Shown here in pieces: positions 42,999-50,922 of a stretch of DNA of 64,000 bases. The stretch is taken from assembly GCA_031269545.1 (NCBI GenBank), contig JAISYZ010000027.1:2367-66366 (forward strand), read 5' to 3'. Below the pieces are notes generated by a model that saw only the letters and a list, made by a program, of their open reading frames with translations, ran no database searches and was not told the DNA's origin. A program made the translations under genes and the position numbers. How positions within the stretch are numbered: the first letter of the stretch is position 1; every line of letters starts with the position of its first letter. The DNA is from Prevotellaceae bacterium (GTDB lineage Bacteria > Bacteroidota > Bacteroidia > Bacteroidales > UBA932).

Positions 42999-43003
42999 TT
43001 AGT

Positions 43004-43269
43004 TGCACCTTAAAAAGAACATAAATTATTTATTAACATATAATTACGAATGAAAATGAGGTGAAAAAATCGCAGAATTTTGTACCATATATTGTTAAAA
43101 CCATGCAAATATTTTTAAAATATTCTTCCAAAATCATTAAATCAAACATTTACAGTTCAGTAGCAAATGCTTTGCAAATGTCCCGTCAGAGACAACCATT
43201 ATTTTCAAGCCTTATAAAATGTCTGCTTGTTAATTTTTATGTCTGTAAATCTTACTTTTAAGGACTGAC
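43004..43269 (+). mobile_element. MITE-like non-coding repeat (longest copy) with imperfect terminal inverted repeats CCTTAAAAAG...CTTTTAAGG
   Basis: The ends are inverted complements; internal segments recur at 39858-40052 and 31985-32113; no ORF. Confidence 0.4.
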
Positions 43270-43545
43270 TATTTATTTTATTTGTATTAGCGATCTTCGC
43301 TCTTTGAAAAGACGTTTTTTCTTCGTTTTTTAATTGTAAATTGTTTCTGTTTGTTCTCTGTGTAATAAAAGGTTATGCAGAGTCTCCACCGAGGCACACA
43401 GAGTTTTTTATCATTAATCATTATCTCTTAATTGTTAATTCAGTCAGCGAGCCCGTATCTAACTGTTGTTTATTTGTGATTAATACTCAATTCCCAAAAT
43501 ATCCACAACTTATTCACAATTACTGTTTCGTAATTAATTTTTCTG

Positions 43546-43553
43546 TAGTTTTG
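43546..43553 (+). promoter_or_regulatory. Candidate -7 promoter box (TAGTTTTG) for riboswitch leader 1
   Basis: TAnnTTTG immediately upstream of the first conserved riboswitch nucleotides. Confidence 0.5.
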
Positions 43554-43557
43554 CGCT

Positions 43558-43740
43558 GAATTTTGGTGATGCCTATTCCGTTTGCGAAAGGCATTGAAAA
43601 GGGAATCAGGTGCAAATCCTGAACAGACCCGCTGCTGTAAACTCCGTTAAAATCTTTGAGCAATACGCAAACCACTGTGCTGAAAGGCGCGGGAAGGACG
43701 CTGCAAAGATGGAGCAAGTCAGAAGACCTGCCAAAATGTA
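43558..43740 (+). promoter_or_regulatory. Cobalamin (B12) riboswitch aptamer, copy 1
   Basis: Conserved core AAAAGGGAATCAGGTGCAAATCCTGAACAGACCCGCTGCTGTAA, ACCACTG...GGGAAGG and B12 box AGTCAGAAGACCTGCC; P1-like TTTTGG...CCAAAA. Confidence 0.9.
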
Positions 43741-43950
43741 CGAGTTTAGAGTTTTCGAGGAATAGGGCTTGAGACAAACAGCAGACTAATGATTTATAAT
43801 CTACATGTTTGCAAGTTTATCCCAAACATTATTTTAAGAAGTAATTTTCAGGTTTTGTAATATGAAACTTATGAAATTATTTTCTATTTCCATGCGAAAG
43901 CCGTTTAGGAAGACAAATTAAAAGACATTTTATATTAAAATAAAAAGTAT

Positions 43951-44532
43951 ATGGAAATAAAAAAATTAAATTTGAGATTTGGCGTCATTGCAGCAATTAT
44001 TCTGGTTGCGGCAATGAGCAGATTATTACCGCATTTGCCTAATTTTGCTCCTGTCGGAGGAATGGCATTGTTCGGTGCGGCTTATTACAGCAAACGGCGC
44101 TGGGCATTTATTGTGCCTGTTGCAGCGATGTGGATAAGCGACATAATTCTGAATAACATTGTTTACAGTCAATATTTTGACGGTTTTGTGTGGTTTTACG
44201 GCGGTTCGATATTCACATACGGCGCTTTTGCGCTTATAACTCTTTTGGGAATCTTTGTGTTGAAAAAAATAAGCATTTTCAATTTAACATGTTCGGTTTT
44301 AGCGGCTTCGGTGATATTTTTTCTTATATCAAATTTCGGAGCATGGCTGTCGATGGCTGACACATATCCTCGTACTTTCAGCGGATTACAGGCATGTTAC
44401 TTTGCAGGAATACCATTTTTCCGAAACACACTGTTAGGCGATATTTTTTATACCTCTGTTTTATTTGGAACTTTTGAAATACTTCAATATCGCTTTCCCA
44501 TTCTCAGATTACAGGAAAATATTAGTGAATAA
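43951..44532 (+). CDS. DUF6580-like integral membrane protein (putative corrinoid-related transporter component)
   Basis: 193 aa, about 5-6 TM; RLLPHLPNFAPVGGMALFGAAY and GIPFFRNTLLGD resemble the DUF6580 family as I recall it; first gene after the riboswitch. Confidence 0.6.
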   Translation: MEIKKLNLRFGVIAAIILVAAMSRLLPHLPNFAPVGGMALFGAAYYSKRRWAFIVPVAAMWISDIILNNIVYSQYFDGFVWFYGGSIFTYGAFALITLLGIFVLKKISIFNLTCSVLAASVIFFLISNFGAWLSMADTYPRTFSGLQACYFAGIPFFRNTLLGDIFYTSVLFGTFEILQYRFPILRLQENISE

Positions 44533-44576
44533 TAAATTATTCAAATAAAACTGAAACTCATACAGCATAATCATTG

Positions 44577-45173
44577 ATGTACAACACAAGTCATATAATA
44601 GTTGAAACAGATTTGAAAGATTATATCCGTCATTATCGCGATTCTGACAGATTTATAGTTTATTGCAAACAATGCAACAGATACAATGTCTGTTGGGCTT
44701 GTCCTCCATTCGATTTTGATACCGATATTACTCTTTCGCATTACAAAACGGCTTGGATAATCGGCACAAAAATAGACATTGAAGACAAAATTATCGAAAA
44801 TAATAAAGGATGGAAACTGTGTACGCCGCTAACTTATCGAATTATCGAAGAAATACGCCTCACACTGGATAAAAAGCTTTTGGATTTGGAAAAAGAATAT
44901 TCTGACAGCAGAGTTTTTTTTGCAGGCACATGTCATATCTGCTCTTCGGACAACTGCGCCCGAATGCAGGGCAAGCCATGTATCTTTCCCGATAAAATTC
45001 GTCCCTCGCTCGAATCTTTTGGTTTTGATGTAAGTCAAACATCGTTAAGATTATTGGGCGTAGAAATGAAATGGAGTCGAGATGGAATATTACCGCCGTA
45101 TTTTGTTCTTGTCAGCGGCTTTTTCACCAATGCCGATATTAATAAATTGGAGTTTCAACTGTCAATATCATAA
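44577..45173 (+). CDS. DUF2284-like Cys-rich predicted metal-binding protein
   Basis: Cys clusters CKQCNRYNVCWACPP and CHICSSDNCARMQGKPC; ATG at 44577. Confidence 0.6.
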   Translation: MYNTSHIIVETDLKDYIRHYRDSDRFIVYCKQCNRYNVCWACPPFDFDTDITLSHYKTAWIIGTKIDIEDKIIENNKGWKLCTPLTYRIIEEIRLTLDKKLLDLEKEYSDSRVFFAGTCHICSSDNCARMQGKPCIFPDKIRPSLESFGFDVSQTSLRLLGVEMKWSRDGILPPYFVLVSGFFTNADINKLEFQLSIS

Positions 45174-45192
45174 AATAAATAAAGGAATCATT

Positions 45193-47280
45193 ATGGATAT
45201 ATTTATCACTAAAAGAGACGGCAAGCAGGAAGCCTTCTCAGTCGAAAAAATCAGGAATGCCATTGCAAAAGCATTTCTGTCTGTTGGCGGTTTTGCCACA
45301 CAGGATGTTATTACAAATATTTTAAGTCGAATAAGCATCACCGATGGCAGTACGGTCGAAGATATTCAGAATCAGGTGGAAATTGCTCTGATGTCCGAAC
45401 GTTATTACGCTGTTGCCAAGTCGTACATGCTTTACAGGCAAAAACATCTTGAAGACCGCGAAGTGCGCGACAAACTCAAGTTCTTAATGGATTATTGCGA
45501 TGCTTCCAATGCGGCATCAGGCAGCAAGTACGATGCCAACGCAAATGTAGAAAACAAAAACATGGCAACGCTTATCGGCGAACTGCCCAAATCCAACTTC
45601 ATCCGCCTAAATCGCCGAATGCTTACCGACAGATTGAAAGAAATGTATGGTAAAGAAGTTGCCGACAAATATATAGAATTGCTGAACAAACATTATATCT
45701 ACAAAAACGACGAAACAAGTCTTGCCAACTATTGTGCCAGCATTACCATGTATCCGTGGCTGATTGGCGGTACAACTTCAATTGGTGGCAATTCAAAAGC
45801 GCCAACAAATCTGAAATCGTTTTGCGGCGGATTTATAAATATGGTTTTTATGGTTTCAAGCATGTTGAGCGGCGCATGTGCTACACCCGAATTTCTGATG
45901 TATATGAATTATTTTGTCGGGCTGGAATATGGACAGGATTATTATCTGAACGCAAACAAAGTGGTTGATTTGTCGAAAAAGCAACGCACTCTCGACAAAG
46001 TTATTACCGATTGTTTCGAGCAAATAGTTTATTCCATAAATCAACCCACAGGAGCGCGGAACTTTCAGGCTGTATTCTGGAATATATCTTATTATGATAA
46101 ATATTATTTCGAAAGTTTGTTTGACGATTTTGTATTTCCCAATGGCAGCAAGCCCGATTGGGCATCGTTAAACTGGTTACAGAAACGTTTTATGAAGTGG
46201 TTCAATCAGGAACGTACACGCTCAGTGCTTACTTTTCCTGTTGAAACAATGGCGTTGCTTACCGAAAACGGAGATGCAAAAGACAGGGAATATGGCGATT
46301 TTACAGCAGAGATGTATGCCGAAGGACATTCGTTTTTTACCTACATGAGCGACAATGCCGATTCGTTGAGCAGTTGCTGTCGACTGCGCAACGAGATTCA
46401 GGACAACGGTTTCAGTTACACGCTTGGAGCAGGCGGCGTGTCCACAGGTTCAAAAAGCGTGCTGACAATCAATCTGAACCGTTGTATTCAGCAAGCGGCA
46501 CGCGAAGGCGTTCATTATATGTTTTTTCTCGAAGAAGTCATCGCTCTGGTGCATAAGGTGCAGTTGGCTTACAACGAAAACTTGAAATACATGTGCAAAA
46601 AAGGCATGTTGCCTCTGTTCACGGCGGGATATATCAACATGAGCCGACAATATCTCACAGTCGGCATAAACGGACTTGTAGAAGCAGCCGAATTTTTGGG
46701 CATTGAAATTACCGACAACCCGAAATACGCCGCATTTGTGCAACAGGTACTCGGTCTTGTCGAAACATACAACAAACGCTATCGTACGAAAGACATAATG
46801 TTTAACTGCGAAATGATTCCCGCCGAAAACGTAGGAGTGAAACATGCCAAATGGGACAGACGAGATAATTATCAGGTAAATCGCGACTGTTACAACAGTT
46901 ATTTTTATATTGTCGAAGACAGCAGGCTAAACATTGTTGACAAATTTCGCCTGCATGGACGCAAATATATTGAACGCCTTACGGGTGGTTCTGCCTTGCA
47001 TCTCAATCTTGAAGAACATTTAAGCAAAGAACAGTATCGTCATTTGCTTCGCATAGCAACACAGGAAGGCTGCAATTATTTTACATTTAATATTCCTAAC
47101 ACGGTTTGCAACAACTGCGGACATATCGACAAGCGAAATTTGAAAATCTGTCCCAAATGCCAAAGCAAAAACCTTGATTATCTGACGCGCGTCATCGGAT
47201 ATATGAAACGTGTAAGCAATTTCTCACAAAGCCGGCAGGAAGAGGCTGCGAGGAGATGTTATTTAATGGTAAATGATTAA
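45193..47280 (+). CDS. nrdD: Anaerobic ribonucleoside-triphosphate reductase (class III)
   Basis: N-terminal ATP-cone (ITKRDGKQEAFSVEKIRNAI), C-terminal zinc ribbon CNNCGH...CPKCQS and glycyl-radical motif RVIGY; ATG at 45193 (the ORF track start lies inside the previous gene). Confidence 0.93.
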   Translation: MDIFITKRDGKQEAFSVEKIRNAIAKAFLSVGGFATQDVITNILSRISITDGSTVEDIQNQVEIALMSERYYAVAKSYMLYRQKHLEDREVRDKLKFLMDYCDASNAASGSKYDANANVENKNMATLIGELPKSNFIRLNRRMLTDRLKEMYGKEVADKYIELLNKHYIYKNDETSLANYCASITMYPWLIGGTTSIGGNSKAPTNLKSFCGGFINMVFMVSSMLSGACATPEFLMYMNYFVGLEYGQDYYLNANKVVDLSKKQRTLDKVITDCFEQIVYSINQPTGARNFQAVFWNISYYDKYYFESLFDDFVFPNGSKPDWASLNWLQKRFMKWFNQERTRSVLTFPVETMALLTENGDAKDREYGDFTAEMYAEGHSFFTYMSDNADSLSSCCRLRNEIQDNGFSYTLGAGGVSTGSKSVLTINLNRCIQQAAREGVHYMFFLEEVIALVHKVQLAYNENLKYMCKKGMLPLFTAGYINMSRQYLTVGINGLVEAAEFLGIEITDNPKYAAFVQQVLGLVETYNKRYRTKDIMFNCEMIPAENVGVKHAKWDRRDNYQVNRDCYNSYFYIVEDSRLNIVDKFRLHGRKYIERLTGGSALHLNLEEHLSKEQYRHLLRIATQEGCNYFTFNIPNTVCNNCGHIDKRNLKICPKCQSKNLDYLTRVIGYMKRVSNFSQSRQEEAARRCYLMVND

Positions 47281-47288
47281 TGGTTAAT
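47261..47288. repeat. Left arm of the 28-bp inverted repeat bracketing the four-helix-bundle ORF
   Basis: ATTTAATGGTAAATGATTAATGGTTAAT matches the reverse complement of 47642-47669 at 23 of 28 positions (outer 7 and inner 12 perfect). Confidence 0.75.
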
Positions 47289-47306
47289 AAAATAAAAATA
47301 GTGGTT

Positions 47307-47660
47307 ATGAAGCAGAACATATTGAAAGAAAAGAGTTTTATGTTTGCCGTGAGGATTGTGAATTTGTACAGGCATTTGTGCAATGAGAAGAAAGAGTTTG
47401 TTTTGTCCAAACAAGCGTTGCGAAGCGGTACATCGGCAGGTGCGATGGTGCGCGAAGCGGAACATTCGGAAAGCAAAGCCGATTTGATACACAAAATGGC
47501 TATTGCCCAAAAAGAAACGCGCGAAATCATTTATTGGCAGTATCTAATGTGCGAAACAGAATACTTGTCCCGCAAAGAGTTTGAAAGCATTAACAGCGAT
47601 GCAAAAATACTCACAAGCAGCATCAAAACTGCCAAATCCACATTAACCATTAACAACTAA
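47307..47660 (+). CDS. Four-helix-bundle protein (23S rRNA intervening-sequence protein family)
   Basis: About 117 aa starting MKQNILKEKSFMFAVRIVNLYRHL; SKQALRSGTSAGAMVREAEHSESKADLIHKMAIAQKETRE is characteristic of the family. Confidence 0.8.
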   Translation: MKQNILKEKSFMFAVRIVNLYRHLCNEKKEFVLSKQALRSGTSAGAMVREAEHSESKADLIHKMAIAQKETREIIYWQYLMCETEYLSRKEFESINSDAKILTSSIKTAKSTLTINN

Positions 47661-47669
47661 CTATTAAAT
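47642..47669. repeat. Right arm of the 28-bp inverted repeat bracketing the four-helix-bundle ORF
   Basis: ATTAACCATTAACAACTAACTATTAAAT; overlaps the first two bases of the nrdG start codon. Confidence 0.75.
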
Positions 47670-48153
47670 GTTACGGTACATCAGTTTTGATATTGTTTTT
47701 CAGGAAATTCCCGGCGAAATAACGCTGGCTATAAATATTTCAAACTGTCCCAATCGCTGCAAGAGTTGCCACAGTCCTCACCTTAGAGAAAATACAGGCG
47801 AAACATTAGACGAAAACGCCATTGCCGCATTGCTCGATAAATACGGAAAGGCAATTACCTGCATCTGCTTCATGGGCGGCGATGCCGAACCGCGCAAAGT
47901 GGAACGGCTGGCTGCCTTTGTACGAACAGCCGCAGGCAGAAAAATCAAAACAGGATGGTATTCGGGCAGAGCCGCTTTACCTGACGACGTTTCTCTGTTG
48001 AGTTTCGATTATATCAAACTCGGCGAATATATCGAACATTTGGGCGGATTAAATGCACATACCACAAACCAGCGTTTTTACAGCATCGAAAATGGAACTA
48101 TGACCGACATAACGGACATGTTCTGGAACAAAGTTTATAATAAAAAGAAGTGA
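47668..48153 (+). CDS. nrdG: Anaerobic ribonucleoside-triphosphate reductase activating protein (radical SAM)
   Basis: 161 aa; CPNRCKSCHSP cluster motif, NrdG-like length and sequence. Confidence 0.9.
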   Translation: MLRYISFDIVFQEIPGEITLAINISNCPNRCKSCHSPHLRENTGETLDENAIAALLDKYGKAITCICFMGGDAEPRKVERLAAFVRTAAGRKIKTGWYSGRAALPDDVSLLSFDYIKLGEYIEHLGGLNAHTTNQRFYSIENGTMTDITDMFWNKVYNKKK

Positions 48154-48275
48154 AAAGTAATATTAAAAAACCGTATGAATATCAAATCATATACAACAAA
48201 CTTGCGTTTTGACGCTTTATTCCCGATAACTGTTTTTCGCAAGTGGATAAGATTTCGCACAATAATAATTTTATT

Positions 48276-48283
48276 TACCTTTG
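48276..48283 (+). promoter_or_regulatory. Candidate -7 promoter box (TACCTTTG)
   Basis: TAnnTTTG match 36 nt upstream of the ATG at 48319. Confidence 0.45.
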
Positions 48284-48318
48284 CCAATTATACTTTATCT
48301 TTTTATTAATTCTGTTAT

Positions 48319-49470
48319 ATGAAATTCATTGAACGTTTCCAGAAATTGAAATCATTGTTTTCCTACGAAGAAGAAGTAAGTTTGGATGATATTTCACTGG
48401 AAATACGACCGTACCTGTTTAATCAGGAATTTGTTAATGCGGAAATTCAACAAATTCAGCAGACAATTTCTTTGCCTGAATTTTGTTCCATTTCGGACGA
48501 CAGTATCGAAGAAAACAAAACATTTATATATTCCGTTTTCGTGCCGAAAGGCATTGTCAAAACCGATAAAGCCATTTTGTTGCTGCACGGTTTGAACGAG
48601 CGCAGTTGGGAAAAATACCTTCCGTGGGCAGAATATCTGACGCTTAAAACAGGAAGAGCGGTTATTCTTTTTCCTATTGCTTTTCACATGAACCGCACAC
48701 CCAAAAGCTGGTGCAATCCGAGAGTTATCCTGCCTTACGTACACAGCCGAAAAGAAAAGTTTGCAGATTTGGACAATTCTACTTTTGTCAATCTGGCGTT
48801 GAGCAGCCGTTTGTCTGAAAATCCCATTCGTTTCTATCTTTCAGGCAAAGAATCTCTTTTCAATCTATGGCAGCTAATCAAAGAAATAAAAAACGGACAG
48901 CATTCTTTGTTCAAAGCAAACACATCGGTTAACATATTTGCATATTCTATCGGTGCTTTTTTGGCTCAGATTCTGTTATTGTCCAATCCCGAACAACTGA
49001 CATCCGACAGTCGTTTGTTCATGTTCTGCGGCGGCACTCTGTTCAGCCGAATGGACGGCAATGCTCGCGATATAATGGACAGAGAATCATTTCAAACACT
49101 GAGATATTATTTTATGAACGACTTTATTCATAAAGGAATTAATTTTTTGAAAAGGAAAGAAGATTTTATGGAAAAAGCGTTTCAATCCATGCTTTCGTTC
49201 GATAAATATCGCCGTTATCGGGAAGAATTCTTTCAAAAAGCCAAAAATCGTATTGCAGCAATAACACTGAAAAAAGACACAGTCATTCCCACGCTTGGCG
49301 TAAAAGAGGCTTTAGGTAAAACATGCGCCGACGAAATCTTGGAAGAGTTGGATTTTCCTTACGAGTACTCTCATCAAACCCCGTTTCCCGTTCACGGACG
49401 CGTAGATTCTGAAATCGTTCAGCGATGTTTTTCAATGCTGTTCGACAGAGCTGCCGCTTTTCTGCTTTAA
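48319..49470 (+). CDS. Alpha/beta-hydrolase-fold protein of unknown function
   Basis: 383 aa; LLLHGLNERSWEKY oxyanion-region pattern and nucleophile-elbow-like AYSIGAF. Confidence 0.55.
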   Translation: MKFIERFQKLKSLFSYEEEVSLDDISLEIRPYLFNQEFVNAEIQQIQQTISLPEFCSISDDSIEENKTFIYSVFVPKGIVKTDKAILLLHGLNERSWEKYLPWAEYLTLKTGRAVILFPIAFHMNRTPKSWCNPRVILPYVHSRKEKFADLDNSTFVNLALSSRLSENPIRFYLSGKESLFNLWQLIKEIKNGQHSLFKANTSVNIFAYSIGAFLAQILLLSNPEQLTSDSRLFMFCGGTLFSRMDGNARDIMDRESFQTLRYYFMNDFIHKGINFLKRKEDFMEKAFQSMLSFDKYRRYREEFFQKAKNRIAAITLKKDTVIPTLGVKEALGKTCADEILEELDFPYEYSHQTPFPVHGRVDSEIVQRCFSMLFDRAAAFLL

Positions 49471-49601
49471 TATGATTTTACCTGTTTGTTGATTTGCTTA
49501 TTTGTACCTTGTTACGTCTAAAAAAAGTTGACAGTTTAATACTAAAAACAACTATTTAATCATTTTCAATCAATAATTGTAGTTGTATATTAAATTTTTA
49601 T

Positions 49602-49609
49602 TACCTTTG
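49602..49609 (+). promoter_or_regulatory. Candidate -7 promoter box (TACCTTTG) for riboswitch leader 2
   Basis: TAnnTTTG immediately upstream of the second riboswitch copy. Confidence 0.5.
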
Positions 49610-49613
49610 TTCG

Positions 49614-49795
49614 AAATTTTGGTGATGCTTTTTCCATTCGCGAAAGGCATTGAAAAGGGAATCAGGTGCAAATCCTGAACAGACCCGCTGCTGTAAGCTC
49701 CGTTAAAATCTTTGAGCAATACGCAAACCACTGTGCCGAAAGGCACGGGAAGGACGCTGCAAAGATGGAACAAGTCAGAAGACCTGCCAAAATGT
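49614..49795 (+). promoter_or_regulatory. Cobalamin (B12) riboswitch aptamer, copy 2
   Basis: Same conserved cores and B12 box as copy 1; about 11 substitutions over about 225 aligned nt by hand, two of which turn G-U pairs into Watson-Crick pairs in a GAAA-capped stem. Confidence 0.9.
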
Positions 49796-50002
49796 ATGAG
49801 TTTAGAGCTTTCGAGGAATAGAGCTTGAGACAAACAGAGCAGATGAATGATTTATTATTGACGTTTTTTGCAAGTTTATCCCAAACATTATTTTAGAAAG
49901 TAATTTTCAGGTTTTGTTGTTCATGCAGCCTGTAAAATTATTTTTCTATTTCCATGCGAAAGCTGTTTATAAAGATTTATTAACTTTATAATAGTTTTAT
50001 AT

Positions 50003-50734
50003 ATGACACAATTTTTACACAAAATCAAGGCGCATCTGTACGACAATGCGCTTACCGACAACCCTAACGACTTCATAGCGCGGGTTAATTCGGAACGCTC
50101 GCTGAGCGTAAAAGACATTTGCGAATCGGCTGCCGCACGAGGCGGAGCCGACATTTCGGCAGATGCTATGGAACATGCAGTCAACCTGTGGCTGAAAGAG
50201 ATGGGCTACCGCCTTTGCGATGGATTTTCGATAAACACAGGCTGGTTTATGGCAAGTACGCACATTAAGGGAGTGTTCAACAGTCCCGACGAAATCTTTA
50301 ATCCCGAAAAACATACTGTTCTTTTCGAGTTTCAGCAAGGCTCGCAATTACGTAAGGAATTGCAGTCGGTACAGATTGAGATAATGGGCGTAGCCGATTC
50401 ATCGCTTGGCATTGCTCAGGTAACGGATATTAAAACAGGCTGTGTAAATGACATCATCACGCCAAATCGCAACCTGCGCATAAGCGGACACAAGTTGAAA
50501 ATTGCTGGCGACAACGTGGCAAACGGCGTGTATTTCGTAAATCAGGATACGCAGGAACGCACGAAGGTTGATGCATCAGACCTTGTCATCAACAACCCTT
50601 CCGAACTCATGATTGTGATTCCCGCACTGGCGGCTGGTATGTATAAAGTAGAGGTAACAACGCAGTTTACAAACAGCGTATTGCTGAAAGAGCCTCGAAC
50701 TGCCGTTTTTGACAGAATTTTAACGGTACAGTAA
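50003..50734 (+). CDS. HU-like DNA-binding domain / DUF4469-like (Ig-fold) protein
   Basis: 243 aa; N terminus (KAHLYDNALTDNPNDFIARV...SLSVKDICESAAARGG) resembles HU-HIG domains and the C-terminal half resembles the DUF4469 Ig-like domain of Bacteroidales, from memory. Confidence 0.6.
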   Translation: MTQFLHKIKAHLYDNALTDNPNDFIARVNSERSLSVKDICESAAARGGADISADAMEHAVNLWLKEMGYRLCDGFSINTGWFMASTHIKGVFNSPDEIFNPEKHTVLFEFQQGSQLRKELQSVQIEIMGVADSSLGIAQVTDIKTGCVNDIITPNRNLRISGHKLKIAGDNVANGVYFVNQDTQERTKVDASDLVINNPSELMIVIPALAAGMYKVEVTTQFTNSVLLKEPRTAVFDRILTVQ

Positions 50735-50748
50735 TTTTTTAGCGACTG

Positions 50749-50814
50749 ACGCTAATGAGCGTTAGCCTATGCAACTAATGTATGTTAGTGCGTAACGCTA
50801 ACGTACATTAGCGT
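50749..50814 (+). repeat. Extended imperfect hairpin built from TTAGCG/CGCTAA half-sites
   Basis: ACGCTAATG (50749-57) pairs with CATTAGCGT (50806-14), CGTTAGC (50760-66) with GCTAACG (50797-803), ACTAA with TTAGT; followed by the palindrome GTATCGATAC. Confidence 0.7.
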
Positions 50815-50922
50815 GTATCGATACGGATAACCCAACTAACAGATTTTAAAAACCTGTCAGGTTTACAAACGAATAGACAAACAATAAATATAATAAATAA
50901 ACTAATTTTAATAAACAAAGAA

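Noticed and set aside
43520-43777. 85-aa minus-strand ORF (MSQALFLENSKL...) with a near-identical 87-aa twin at 49570-49833
   Set aside because: Both lie exactly antisense to the two cobalamin riboswitch copies. Their similarity is explained by conservation of the RNA element. No start context or family resemblance supports them.
45082-45192. N-terminal extensions proposed by the ORF track (45082 for nrdD; also 10185, 15362, 20480, 25928, 33687, 37270, 40835, 52852, 61475)
   Set aside because: The extensions start at TTG or run through the previous gene, a -7 promoter box or repeat DNA. Internal ATG (or GTG) starts give canonical N termini: an ATP-cone, signal peptides or the DHFR start.
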